Positions 53,390 through 63,785 of a stretch of DNA of 64,000 bases are shown in pieces (the stretch's first letter is position 1; every line of letters starts with the position of its first letter). A program made the position numbers and the translations under genes. Under the pieces are notes generated by a model that did not search any database, had not been told where the DNA came from, and saw only the letters and a list, made by a program, of their open reading frames with translations. Location: NCBI GenBank assembly GCA_963796965.1, contig CAWCNS010000007.1:608001-672000 (forward strand). The letters run 5' to 3'. Source of the stretch: Calditrichia bacterium. Lineage in GTDB: Bacteria; Calditrichota; Calditrichia; JAJRVZ01.

Positions 53390-54349
53390 ATGAATTATAA
53401 CAGAACAAAGCGTAACAATAGTTTTCATTATCATTTTGGCCTTCTTACTTTGGGCGTTCTATTATTTATGGTGAACACTTCCGCTGCTTTTGATGTAACG
53501 ATGAGAGTGGTAAACACCGGTGAAGGATATCAATTTTATGAGAATGATTCTCCTGTGTTATTCTACCGGATGAAGCCCCTAACCTCAAAAGAAGGCACCC
53601 ATTCTCGGGCCAATTATTGTCATCCGGTCCTGGGATTGAATGGAAAAGTTATAACTGAGGACTTTCCAAAAGATCATCTTCATCACCGTGGAATTTTTTG
53701 GGCCTGGCATCAGGTTTATATTAATGATCAATTGATCCGTGACATGTGGGATTGCACAGATTTTATCTGGGATTTTCAAGATGTCAACATTATTGAAACT
53801 GGGAGAAAATCAACCGCTCTAACAGCAAAAGTAAATTGGAAATCCCCACAATGGAAAAATGCATCAGAACCGATAGCGCAAGAGTTGGTGACCATACGAC
53901 TTCATAAAACCAGCAATGACATTCGCCTTATTGATTTTGAAATAACAATTTCTGCCCTGGTCCAGGGATTACGTATTGGTGGTTCAGATGATGTTAAAGG
54001 CTATGGAGGATTTTCTACCCGTATTCCTCTTCCAAATGATCTGGAAATGACCGATAAAGATGGCGAGGTAAAACCTGCAACGGTAGCTGTGGACGCCGGC
54101 GAATGGATGAATTTTAGCGGAACGTTTGCTGGGGAGAAATCAAATATTGCTGTACTTATACATCCATCACATCCCGGAGCCCCGCATAAGTGGATTTTGC
54201 GCAAAAAAGGCAGCTGTCAGAATGTGGCTTATCCAGGACGGGAACCAGTATCGATACCCACTGATAAGCCTCTTACTTTGAAGTATCGCGTGGTCATACA
54301 TAAAGATGCGGATTTGAATAAACTCTATGAAGAGTATGGTGCAAAGTAA
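53390..54349 (+). CDS. PmoA-like/DUF6807 family secreted protein
   Basis: YCHPV, FPKDHLHHRGIFWAW and KGYGGFSTR motifs; ATG at 53390 follows GAGGA. Confidence 0.8.
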   Translation: MNYNRTKRNNSFHYHFGLLTLGVLLFMVNTSAAFDVTMRVVNTGEGYQFYENDSPVLFYRMKPLTSKEGTHSRANYCHPVLGLNGKVITEDFPKDHLHHRGIFWAWHQVYINDQLIRDMWDCTDFIWDFQDVNIIETGRKSTALTAKVNWKSPQWKNASEPIAQELVTIRLHKTSNDIRLIDFEITISALVQGLRIGGSDDVKGYGGFSTRIPLPNDLEMTDKDGEVKPATVAVDAGEWMNFSGTFAGEKSNIAVLIHPSHPGAPHKWILRKKGSCQNVAYPGREPVSIPTDKPLTLKYRVVIHKDADLNKLYEEYGAK

Positions 54350-54493
54350 GAATATGATTTTATAATGTAATTAGTACTATGTGATGTGGAATATGGAATT
54401 TAGGAATACCGGAGGAATACTTGTCTGAATTTTTCATCTAAAAACTAACTGTTTAACCACAGAGGGACACAGAATATTCACAGAAGGATTTTT

Positions 54494-54712
54494 ATGAGCA
54501 GATCAATATATATTATCATCCCTCTCATTGTTTTTTTTATAACTGATATCCATGCCCAGAAATCAAATCAAACCATATCTACAACTGATCCGATCGCCAA
54601 AAAGACTGCTGCAATGGCCAAATACACTGGATTTCAGACTTTTTATTGGGATGCTAAACAAGGAAAGATATGGCTGGAAATTGAAAATTGGGATAAGGAT
54701 TTTTTCCACTAA
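54494..54712 (+). pseudogene. truncated N-terminus of a zinc-dependent metalloprotease (DUF5117/DUF4953 type)
   Basis: Signal peptide plus IAKKTAAMAKYTGFQTFYWDAKQGKIWLEI; the frame ends inside a family-A repeat. Confidence 0.65.
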
Positions 54713-54955
54713 TTACGCTCGTAGAACGCGTCCTGAGACCTCGTTATACGGGGCCAGGCCGAATTTTTGCGAATTTCACGAATTAGTAAATAAATACTCA
54801 GAATTATTTGTACCACATAATTGGTAATTCGCGATTTAGAACTGTTTTTCTTTTGTCTTGGAAGTCTTAGCGTCTTTGCGTCTTTGCGAGATGAATATTT
54901 ATACACAATAACTAACATCTATGTCTATAGAGATAAATATTGAGAGAGGATAATC

Positions 54956-56241
54956 ATGACACGACTGAACACCATATTGTTTTTATTGATTTTCATTGGT
55001 ATTAGTATATCGACATTAATCGCAGATAATAAGACATCACTTTCTACACTGACAGATGATGGTGCCTGGTGTTGGTTTCAGGATCCCAGGGCCGTGTATA
55101 TTGAAGGTAACCACAAAAGAACCTATACCGGTTGGGTGACCCGTGAGGGGAAACTCCAGGTAGGAGCATTCGATCATAAACTCGGGTAAAACCGAAATTA
55201 TAACCCTTGAGGAAAAATGGGGTGCAGATGATCATAATACTTGTTCTTTTATCGTATTACCTGATAAGAAATTAATGGTTTTTTATGCTCAGCATAATCA
55301 GAAAGGTCTATATTGCCGTACAACTTCCCAACCCGAGGATATTAGTAAATGGGATGATGAGATTACAATCACAGATGGCCCCCGAATAACTTACAGCCAT
55401 CCCATGTATTTGGAAAATGAAAAACGTTTTTATGTTTTCTGGCGGGGAGAGAGTTGGAAACCAACATTTTCTATTTCCAGTAATGGTAAATCATGGTCAA
55501 AACCAAAAATACTAATCCAGGAAGAAAACCGCGCTGCCAAAGATATCAGACCCTATATTAAAGATAACTTCTGACGGAAAATCATCTATTCATTTTGCTT
55601 TTACAGATGGCCATCCACGCAATGAATCGTTAAACTCCGTTTATTATTTAAAGTATGAGAAATGGTGTTTTCTTTCGTGCTGATGGTGAAGTTGCCGGAT
55701 ATTTTGGCCGTTTGCCCATTGCCCCAAGTAACAGTGATCTCGTTTATGATGGACGCAAAACTGCGGTTAGGGCATGGGTTTGGGATATCGCCATTGATAA
55801 TAAGGGACTTCCGGTAATCGCATACACACGACTACCGAAAGAAAGAGATCATCGCTATCATTATGCCCGCTGGATAGGGAAGTGATTGGATGGATACAGA
55901 AATCACGAGCGGCTGGCAGATGGTTTCCACAAACACCAAAAGATAAAAAGGAACCTGAGCCTCATTATTCAGGTGGCATGGCTCTTAATCCCAGCCAACC
56001 AGAAATTATATACCTATCCCGCCAGATAAATGATATATTTGAAATTGAGAAATGGATAACCCCTAATTTTGGACGTACCTGGAGATCAATGGCAATAACT
56101 ACAGATTCCGACAATCCGAATGTCAGACCGGTTGTGCCTCGATATTGTCCCCCAAATTCAAATATTGTATTATGGATGAATGGATCCTATATACACTATA
56201 CCAACTACCATACGGGTATCAAAATTTCTCCAGGGAAATAA
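54956..56241 (+). CDS. BNR-4 repeat beta-propeller protein split by several frameshifts
   Basis: DGAWCWFQDPRA, DDHN, ITYSHP, RPY, TDGHPR, RAWVWDIA, EPHYSGG and NVRPVVP motifs over four ORFs. Confidence 0.82.
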
Positions 56242-56247
56242 GGATAT

Positions 56248-57474
56248 ATGCTCATCAAGGATAGAATTTCATACGACACTTCTTCACAACATCTGGTGTA
56301 TTTGACCCTCTGCTTTGTCTGTTTATCCTATACTGGATTATTTTCCCAGGATTATGAACCTGTAAATTGTGATTCACCTCTTCCCTACAAAGGGGCTCCC
56401 CTCCATGATAGTATTAATCGAGGAATCTGGGAGAACCTATCTTCTGATCTAAACAGGCAAATAAGTGGCGATTTTCACAAAAAACTAAACACTGTAATTG
56501 ATGAACTTTTGGAATTAACAAATGCGCCTGCCATTACAGCTGCCGTTGGAATACCAGGGAAAGGAATATGGTCAAAATCAAAAGGTTTGGCACTTTCTGA
56601 TCCTGAAACGCCGATCGATTCAGTATCCTATTTTCATTGGGCCAGTGTTGGTAAAGCTTTTACAGCAACAGCGATTATTCAGATGGTGGATGAGAAAAAA
56701 CTCAAATTTACCGATCCTATAGCAAAATGGATTCCCGACTTCCCCAACGCGAGTGTTATCACTATTGATCATCTCCTCTTGCATACGAGTGGTACATTCA
56801 GTTTTAATAGCGACCTTCCCTTCCGCGAGGAACGTGGCTATAAACCACCTGAGCAATTAATTGAAATCGCCGAGAAACATGGGAATGCATTTTGCCCTGG
56901 GGAATACTGGGCTTATTCAAATACAAATTATGTCTTGCTGGGATTAATCTTGGAAAAGATAGAAAAGAAGCCATTACATCAAATTTTGACTGACCGGATT
57001 ATAAAACCACTAGGTTTAAATAATACGCTAGCCCTAATGCCCGAACAACAGCCACCTGGCTTGGTTAAAGGTCATACAAATGAAGGTTTGGATGAGCAGT
57101 TTAATGAGAGTTTACCCTTTGGTGCGGGTATAATTGTTTCATCGGCTAAAGACATGGTAATCTTCTGGCATAGTTTTCTCACAGGCAAAATTATAAAACC
57201 TGAATCAGCTATAGATGCCTTTGACAATTTGTATCCCATGTTCGACAAGGGCCTCTACTACGGACGGGGGGTCATGTTGTATGAGGTTTTTGATGGTGAG
57301 GGTAAAAGAGTCGTATGGTGGTTGGGCCACAGCGGTGGTACACAGGGGATGAAAACTATTGTTGCTTATGATATGGATAGCACTATATATGTGGCAATAG
57401 CACTAAACAATCAAGCCTCCGCAGAAGCCTCGGCAAATAAACTTTTATCAGAGACAAAAAAATTAATAAAATAA
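56248..57474 (+). CDS. serine hydrolase (beta-lactamase family)
   Basis: ASVGK (SxxK), LLLHTSG, YSNTNY and GHSGG motifs. Confidence 0.9.
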   Translation: MLIKDRISYDTSSQHLVYLTLCFVCLSYTGLFSQDYEPVNCDSPLPYKGAPLHDSINRGIWENLSSDLNRQISGDFHKKLNTVIDELLELTNAPAITAAVGIPGKGIWSKSKGLALSDPETPIDSVSYFHWASVGKAFTATAIIQMVDEKKLKFTDPIAKWIPDFPNASVITIDHLLLHTSGTFSFNSDLPFREERGYKPPEQLIEIAEKHGNAFCPGEYWAYSNTNYVLLGLILEKIEKKPLHQILTDRIIKPLGLNNTLALMPEQQPPGLVKGHTNEGLDEQFNESLPFGAGIIVSSAKDMVIFWHSFLTGKIIKPESAIDAFDNLYPMFDKGLYYGRGVMLYEVFDGEGKRVVWWLGHSGGTQGMKTIVAYDMDSTIYVAIALNNQASAEASANKLLSETKKLIK

Positions 57475-57504
57475 TATACTATTTGCAGGATAGGAATCAG
57501 TTTA

Positions 57505-57918
57505 ATGACGCTTGGAATAATAAAAACGTTTGTAGGAATCGTTCTTATAATCCATGGTTTAGGACATGCATTAATGATCTTTGCCGCCTTGGATAAACCT
57601 CTCAGTCCCACCCATTCAATTAAATCATGGATAATTTCGCCAATACTGGGACAAACACCAACCGTCCTTATCGGGATAGGTATAGCGATTGTATCTCTGG
57701 TAGGTTTCATGGCCGCTGGTCTTAATCAGACAGGCTGGTTATTTCCTGATTTAACTTGGCAATCCTTTACTCAATTTGCTGCCATTATTTCACTTATTGG
57801 CTTAATCGTGTTTTGGAATGCCTTCCCTTTCTTTTTTCCAAATAAAATTGGTGTGATCATCATTGATCTCTATATGTTCGTATCGATAACTTGGCTAAAC
57901 TGGCCATCAGAATTATAG
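57505..57918 (+). CDS. hypothetical membrane protein
   Basis: 137 aa with about four hydrophobic helices and an HGLGH motif. Confidence 0.7.
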   Translation: MTLGIIKTFVGIVLIIHGLGHALMIFAALDKPLSPTHSIKSWIISPILGQTPTVLIGIGIAIVSLVGFMAAGLNQTGWLFPDLTWQSFTQFAAIISLIGLIVFWNAFPFFFPNKIGVIIIDLYMFVSITWLNWPSEL

Positions 57919-58061
57919 ATAAGCTTCTCCTAAGGAATATTCTTTTCAAAAAATCACACAACAATAATCAATGCAGCAGATATTGCGATATGTGATAGAG
58001 AATATTTTATAATGAAGCGTTTGTCAGGAACACCAATAAATGTATAATGAAATAACCGGGG

Positions 58062-59198
58062 CTAAGGTGCCCAAACAGACGCAGCAATATGCTGTTGTTT
58101 ATTTTCCTGTGATGCCCAGTAGTATACTGCTACTAAATTTCCATCTTCGGTTTGTATCAGACGCGGGTATCCCAAATCCTTCATATCTCCTTTTTCTCCC
58201 GTATAGAAATTATCTCTGATGACAAATTCTGGTCCCCAGGTTATGCCATTATCCTTACTGTACCTCCCCATTATCAGTTTTTTTGTACGGTTGCCATAAA
58301 TACAACATAAACGTCCATCTTTGAGTTTAGTCAATGCAGGAGGATTACCATTATGAGCACCGGCATCAGCGACTTTGCTGAGAAAATACCAGTTTTTGCC
58401 ACCATCATCTGATTTATAACAGTCAATCCAGGCAATATTGCCATTTGCAATAACCCTGCGTCTAATGGACATGACAAATTCTTTTTCAGAGACCTGTACG
58501 GTATTTGGCATAACAGCACGATAGGGATCGGAACAAGGCACAACCCAGGGGCTCCAGATATCAAAGTTTAATCCCCCATCTTCTGTTTTTATAACTGATA
58601 TGTCATCCGACATGCCGGTTTTATCAATACGTGATGATATAAAGATTAAGCATTCTCTTTCATTTAAAACAATATAATCTGTACGTGGTGTGAGGATACA
58701 TTCTTTGAACCGTGGTTGTTTGGCAATTCCACCCAGTGCATAAGGTCCATTCCAGGTAATACCCCTATCATTAGAGTAGTAAAAACCAGCTTCCGAATCA
58801 TTGTTTCCATGATAAGCTGTACCAAAAACCCGCATGGCAAAACCATTATTTTTGAAATTTATGGGCTGTTTTAGATTTGTTTTCTTTCCTCCATCACCAA
58901 CATATCCGGAGGGATCAAACATATTCCATGATATCCCGCCATCCTTGCTTCGAGAGAGAAGACTGAGTTGGGGAGCATCATCCTTAATATTATGCCCTTT
59001 CGTATCCGCATACTCCACCTGGGTCAGGCCTACAAGAATTTCATTTCCCCAAACCCATACACCATTATTAGCAGGCCACCCATGAAACTGACCCTCCTCA
59101 ATCGCTACAATTGAATGTTTCATATTCACAGGTTGCTGGGCAAATACAATGCAAGTCAATGATAAAGCAAACAATGTTATCAAAACTAAATTTTTCAT
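58062..59198 (-). CDS. BNR/sialidase-like secreted protein (paralog of 46970-48100)
   Basis: GWPANNG, Asp-boxes, RTDY, GNPPAL and DLGYP motifs. Confidence 0.85.
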   Translation of the reverse strand: MKNLVLITLFALSLTCIVFAQQPVNMKHSIVAIEEGQFHGWPANNGVWVWGNEILVGLTQVEYADTKGHNIKDDAPQLSLLSRSKDGGISWNMFDPSGYVGDGGKKTNLKQPINFKNNGFAMRVFGTAYHGNNDSEAGFYYSNDRGITWNGPYALGGIAKQPRFKECILTPRTDYIVLNERECLIFISSRIDKTGMSDDISVIKTEDGGLNFDIWSPWVVPCSDPYRAVMPNTVQVSEKEFVMSIRRRVIANGNIAWIDCYKSDDGGKNWYFLSKVADAGAHNGNPPALTKLKDGRLCCIYGNRTKKLIMGRYSKDNGITWGPEFVIRDNFYTGEKGDMKDLGYPRLIQTEDGNLVAVYYWASQENKQQHIAASVWAP

Positions 59199-59642
59199 TG
59201 CTGTTCCTTTCTGTAGTAAAGTTTCAGATAAGAGTATGATATAAATCTATCTTACTCTGCATGAAATCCTTCTCTTGAAAAGCACATACCCTTTAGAATC
59301 CCTTCTCAAGATACAATGATTTAGTATTCTTGAGTATATGATTTCGATTGATTAATTTTGTAATATTTAAGATATTTTTTCATTCGATATTAATCTATCT
59401 GATTAACGGGTAGTGTAAATAATATAATGTGCAGGGAAATGCTTAGCAAAATATAGAGTCTTGCTCTGCTCATTTCAATTTTTTTAAATTGCTTACTTAA
59501 TATACCTAACAAATCGATATTTTTGAAGGATCTATGTTTTGATTACTAAAAAGGATCAGCGTTTTAAATCAAATTTCCTTTAGGTTTCTTTATTCGATGC
59601 GGAAAATAATTATCCTTTTTATCATTTAATTAAAGGCTCAAA

Positions 59643-62393
59643 ATGAAGAAAACTCTTCTTATAATTTTATTCTCTAATTTTCTCTTTTTATGGCAGTGCA
59701 CACATAGCGACAAATCCTTAAGATTTAAAAGTCTTCTTTGTGAATATGCAACAGATCCCATCGCTATGGACTCAAGGACACCAAGGTTCTCGTGGATTGT
59801 TGAGGGATCAAAAAGAGGCCAACAGCAAGACGCTTTCAGAATACAAGTAGCATCGAATCCAGATCATTTACACACAAACCAGGTCGATATGTGGGATACT
59901 GGTAAAATAAATTCTGATAAAACAATCCACCATAAGTATAGTGGTAAACCGCTTAGCAGCAACAAAAGTTATTATTGGCAAGTAACAATCTGGGATAATC
60001 TGAATAACCAAAGAACCAGCGACCCGGCCCTTTTCTCAACTACTTTTCTTGAGCAGAGCGACTGGAAGGCTAAATGGATAGGCGCAGGTCCTGAGAAAGA
60101 ATACCTTCCTCCATCCGGATTCTTTATGAACATCGAAGATCAATATAGCCTTACAGATACAGTAAGACATCAGGGCCGCTCTCTATTATTAAGAAATTCA
60201 TTTAAATTACCCAAGGATATCAAATCTGCAAAGCTCCTGATAACCGGTCTTGGTTTTTATGAGGCTTTTCTTAACGGAAAACGTGTTGGAGATCATGTGC
60301 TCTCCCCCGCTAAAACCCAGTATCGTCATCAGGTTTTATATGACACTTATGATGTTACTGAAATGCTTAGCAAAGGAAAAAATGGCATCGGTATCCACCT
60401 TGGAAATGGCTGGTTCAATCCCTACAAACTATGGTGGCGGGAATACCGCATGCAGTGGTTTGGAGCAAAACGTGCATTAGCTCAATTGGAAATCACATTT
60501 AAAGATGGCACATCGGAGACGGTAATTAGTGATCATCGCTGGAAACAAATGGATGGACCGATCCTATTTAATTGCATATATGATGGTGAAATATATGATG
60601 CAACAAAGGAAGTTAAGGGGTGGCGTGATAGAGATTTTGATGATTCTGCCTGGTCACCCGTAGCGGTGATGGAAGAGCCTGGTGGAAAGTTAATTTCCCA
60701 ACATATGCCGGCGATTAAAGTGGTAAAACTTATTGATCCTATTAAAATGATTGAGCCAAAACCGGGCGTTCATGTTTATGATATGGGGCAGAATTTCACT
60801 GGCTGGGTGCGTCTAAGGATGAAGGGAAAAAAAGGTACGCACGTAAAATTGAGGTTTGCTGAGGAGGCGTATGAGGACGGATCTTTAGACCCAACAAGCA
60901 ATGAGCATGCTAAGGCAAGAGCAGAGTATATCATGAAAGGTGTGGATGTCGAAACTTATGAGCCAAAATTTACCTATTTTGGATTCAAATATGTTGAGAT
61001 AACTGCTGAGCCGGAGCTGCCGGAGATAGATAAAGTAGAGGGATGCGTCGTTTATTCAGCTAATCCGATTGTGGGACAGCTTGATACGGGTAATGAAGTG
61101 ATCAACAAAATACATCGTGCTACCGTCTGGTCACAAAAGAGCAATATGATTGGATATCCACTTGACTGTCCCCAGCGAGATGAACGCCTGGGATGGTTTG
61201 GAGATGCCCAGGTTACGGCAGAAGAGGCGATGTTTAATTTTGACATGGCTCTTTTTTACCAAAATTGGTTGAGTGGAATTCGAATGAACCAGCACCCTAA
61301 AACTGGTGATTTACCAATCATTTCCCCGCGCCCCTATATTTTTGATGAGGGTGTTGAATGGAGTAGTACCTTTTTTACAATCATCTGGGATTATTATCGC
61401 TATTACGGTGATAAAAAAATTCTCAGGGACAATTATGAAGCCATGGAACGCTATCTTGTTTTCCTGAAAAACATATCCAAGAATTATATTGTACCTATGG
61501 GTTGGATAGGTGACTGGGGAAGCCTGGTGGAGGGTTGGCATGAAGGTGAACCAGCCTCAATTCCGACTGCTTTTTACTACTATAATGTAACAATATTGGC
61601 CAAAGCAGCCGGTATCCTTGAAAAAGCAGATGATAATTCCCGCTACACTGAACTGGCCCAAGCCATAAAAAAAACCTATAATAAAAAATACTTTGACCCA
61701 AAATCAAATAATTACAGCGATGGAAGTCAAATGGCCAATGCCTTCCCTCTTTATCTGGGTTTGGTTGAAGAAGAACATAAAGAGGCGGTACTAAAAAATT
61801 TAATTATTGATATTGTAGAAAAAAATAACGGCCATTTAACAACCGGTGTCCTAGGGTCAAAATATATGTTAGAAGCCCTGACCATGGAAGACCGTCCTGA
61901 TGTTGCCTGGCTATTGGCCACAGCCACCGGTTATCCAAGTTGGTCGGATATGGTTGAAAAATATACAACCATGTCTGAATTTTGGACCCTAAAACAATCA
62001 CATAACCATGTATTCACCGGCAGTATCGATGCCTGGTTTTACAATGCTCTTGCTGGGATTCAGTTGGACGAAGAAAACCCTGCATATAAAAATATAATTA
62101 TTAAACCTTATATTCCGAAGAACCTGAGCCATGCAAAAGCTTCGGTGGAAACTATCGCCGGAACTGTGGCTTCAGGTTGGGTTAAAAAGGAAAACATGTT
62201 GGTACTGAATATCAGTATCCCCTTCAATTCAACAGCAATTGTTCATATTCCCGAGAGTGATAAATCAGCCATCAGAATAAATGATAAAGCTATTGAGAAT
62301 TGTGAAGGAATAAAATATTTAGGTTACGAGAATAATCATCAGGTTTTTAACGTTGTATCGGGGAATTACCGGTTTTCATGTGATTTAAATTAA
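59643..62393 (+). CDS. GH78 alpha-L-rhamnosidase
   Basis: TPRFSW, YDGEIYDA, DMGQNFTGW, FTYFGFKY, DCPQRDERLGWFGD, GDW and SHNH motifs. Confidence 0.95.
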   Translation: MKKTLLIILFSNFLFLWQCTHSDKSLRFKSLLCEYATDPIAMDSRTPRFSWIVEGSKRGQQQDAFRIQVASNPDHLHTNQVDMWDTGKINSDKTIHHKYSGKPLSSNKSYYWQVTIWDNLNNQRTSDPALFSTTFLEQSDWKAKWIGAGPEKEYLPPSGFFMNIEDQYSLTDTVRHQGRSLLLRNSFKLPKDIKSAKLLITGLGFYEAFLNGKRVGDHVLSPAKTQYRHQVLYDTYDVTEMLSKGKNGIGIHLGNGWFNPYKLWWREYRMQWFGAKRALAQLEITFKDGTSETVISDHRWKQMDGPILFNCIYDGEIYDATKEVKGWRDRDFDDSAWSPVAVMEEPGGKLISQHMPAIKVVKLIDPIKMIEPKPGVHVYDMGQNFTGWVRLRMKGKKGTHVKLRFAEEAYEDGSLDPTSNEHAKARAEYIMKGVDVETYEPKFTYFGFKYVEITAEPELPEIDKVEGCVVYSANPIVGQLDTGNEVINKIHRATVWSQKSNMIGYPLDCPQRDERLGWFGDAQVTAEEAMFNFDMALFYQNWLSGIRMNQHPKTGDLPIISPRPYIFDEGVEWSSTFFTIIWDYYRYYGDKKILRDNYEAMERYLVFLKNISKNYIVPMGWIGDWGSLVEGWHEGEPASIPTAFYYYNVTILAKAAGILEKADDNSRYTELAQAIKKTYNKKYFDPKSNNYSDGSQMANAFPLYLGLVEEEHKEAVLKNLIIDIVEKNNGHLTTGVLGSKYMLEALTMEDRPDVAWLLATATGYPSWSDMVEKYTTMSEFWTLKQSHNHVFTGSIDAWFYNALAGIQLDEENPAYKNIIIKPYIPKNLSHAKASVETIAGTVASGWVKKENMLVLNISIPFNSTAIVHIPESDKSAIRINDKAIENCEGIKYLGYENNHQVFNVVSGNYRFSCDLN

Positions 62394-62589
62394 GCAGAAG
62401 GGTGAATATCCACGTTCAAAGGTGCAGCGAAATTTATCCACGAATTAAACGAATTTTCACAAATTAATGTTCTATTATCTTTTAAATTATATTTAATTCG
62501 TGGTAATTTGTGGAAGTTGTGGACAAAGATCTTTGCGTCTTTATAAGAAATACAATATACATAATACAAGAAGATAAAAGGAGAAACAG

Positions 62590-62871
62590 ATGTCAAAAGC
62601 AAGTGCGCGTCATATTTTAGTATCTACCGAAGAAGAATGCAATAACCTCAAAGCTCAAATTGAAGGTGGATCTGATTTTGCTGAAATCGCAAAAGAACAT
62701 TCATCCTGCCCTTCTGGCGCCAGAGGTGGTGATCTTGGAGAATTTGGCCAGGGACAAATGGTACCGGAATTTGATAAAGTGGTATTTAGTGATGAAGTAG
62801 GTAAGGTACATGGTCCCGTCCAGACGCAATTTGGTTATCATTTGATTGAAATCACCAATCGGGTTGATTAA
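62590..62871 (+). CDS. ppiC: parvulin peptidyl-prolyl cis-trans isomerase
   Basis: [30 protein letters not shown] and TQFGYHLI motifs; 93 aa. Confidence 0.95.
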   Translation: MSKASARHILVSTEEECNNLKAQIEGGSDFAEIAKEHSSCPSGARGGDLGEFGQGQMVPEFDKVVFSDEVGKVHGPVQTQFGYHLIEITNRVD

Positions 62872-62880
62872 TTAGATGCT

Positions 62881-63040
62881 GTAGAGACGTCCCGGTGGGA
62901 CGTCTCCTGTATGTTCAATATCGTAAAATTAAATTGATATATTTTGCTATAGATATTCCATTTTTTCCCTATACATTGTTTTAAGATCATAAAGTAGATT
63001 GAAGTTTGTTCGTGAGAGACGTTCCAACAGAACGTCTCTA
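62881..63040. repeat. REP doublet (GTAGAGACGTCCCGGTGGGACGTCTC ... GAGACGTTCCAACAGAACGTCTCTAC)
   Basis: Two hairpins bounded by outer GTAG/CTAC ends; the first is identical to the hairpin at 46325. Confidence 0.85.
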
Positions 63041-63785
63041 CATCTTATCCGTGGGTTTTAAATTGAGAGAAAACAGTCCTATAAAGGGGTTGGGTTTCTG
63101 GCCCTCCTTTTTAATATTCGGTTTGGCCGGATTGGTTCTGTATATTGAAGCGCATTATTTAATTCCATGGTTAAGTGCAATCACCGGTATCGAAACTATT
63201 ATATTCTGGTTTCTTGTTGCTGGTTTGGGTTTGTTTCTTCCCCTTTTGATCATTGCTTATTTTATGCTTAGATCTGAAGGATCTTGGAAGCAAAAGGACC
63301 TTTTCAAAAACCGCCTACGATTTCGAAGAATGAATCTTAATGACTGGCTGTGGAGTGTTGGCGCTATTGCTGCTATTGGAATATTTAGCACTCTGCTCAT
63401 GAGTATACTCGAGACTGTTTTTGGTCCTTCCACTCACCAACCACCCTTCATGGCCTTTGAGCCGCTGACTGCCGGTAGATATTGGATTTTAGTGGTATGG
63501 CTCCCCTACTGGCTTTTGAACATCATGGGTGAAGAAATATTATGGCGTGGGGTAATTTTTCCGCGGCAGGAAATTGTATTTGGAAAATATACCTGGCTTA
63601 TTCATGGTTTTGGCTGGAGTTTATTTCACCTCGCCTTCGGCTTGCAATTATTTATTACCATGTTGCCGATTCTTTTTATTCAATCCTATGCAGTCCAAAA
63701 GACAAAAAACTCCTGGGTTGGTGTGGCTATTCATGCCATCATCAACGGCCCAAGTTTCATTGCAATCTCACTTGGATTTTTGTGA
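63006..63785 (+). CDS. CPBP (CAAX protease/Abi) intramembrane metalloprotease
   Basis: EEILWRG, WSLFH and HAIIN motifs; multiple TMs. The start is uncertain (TTG 63063 is more plausible because 63006 lies inside the REP doublet). Confidence 0.88.
   Translation: MFVRDVPTERLYILSVGFKLRENSPIKGLGFWPSFLIFGLAGLVLYIEAHYLIPWLSAITGIETIIFWFLVAGLGLFLPLLIIAYFMLRSEGSWKQKDLFKNRLRFRRMNLNDWLWSVGAIAAIGIFSTLLMSILETVFGPSTHQPPFMAFEPLTAGRYWILVVWLPYWLLNIMGEEILWRGVIFPRQEIVFGKYTWLIHGFGWSLFHLAFGLQLFITMLPILFIQSYAVQKTKNSWVGVAIHAIINGPSFIAISLGFL

Noticed and set aside
53390..54349. Methane monooxygenase subunit
   Set aside because: The PmoA label of this family is nominal. The protein is soluble and secreted, with no pmoB/pmoC neighbours.
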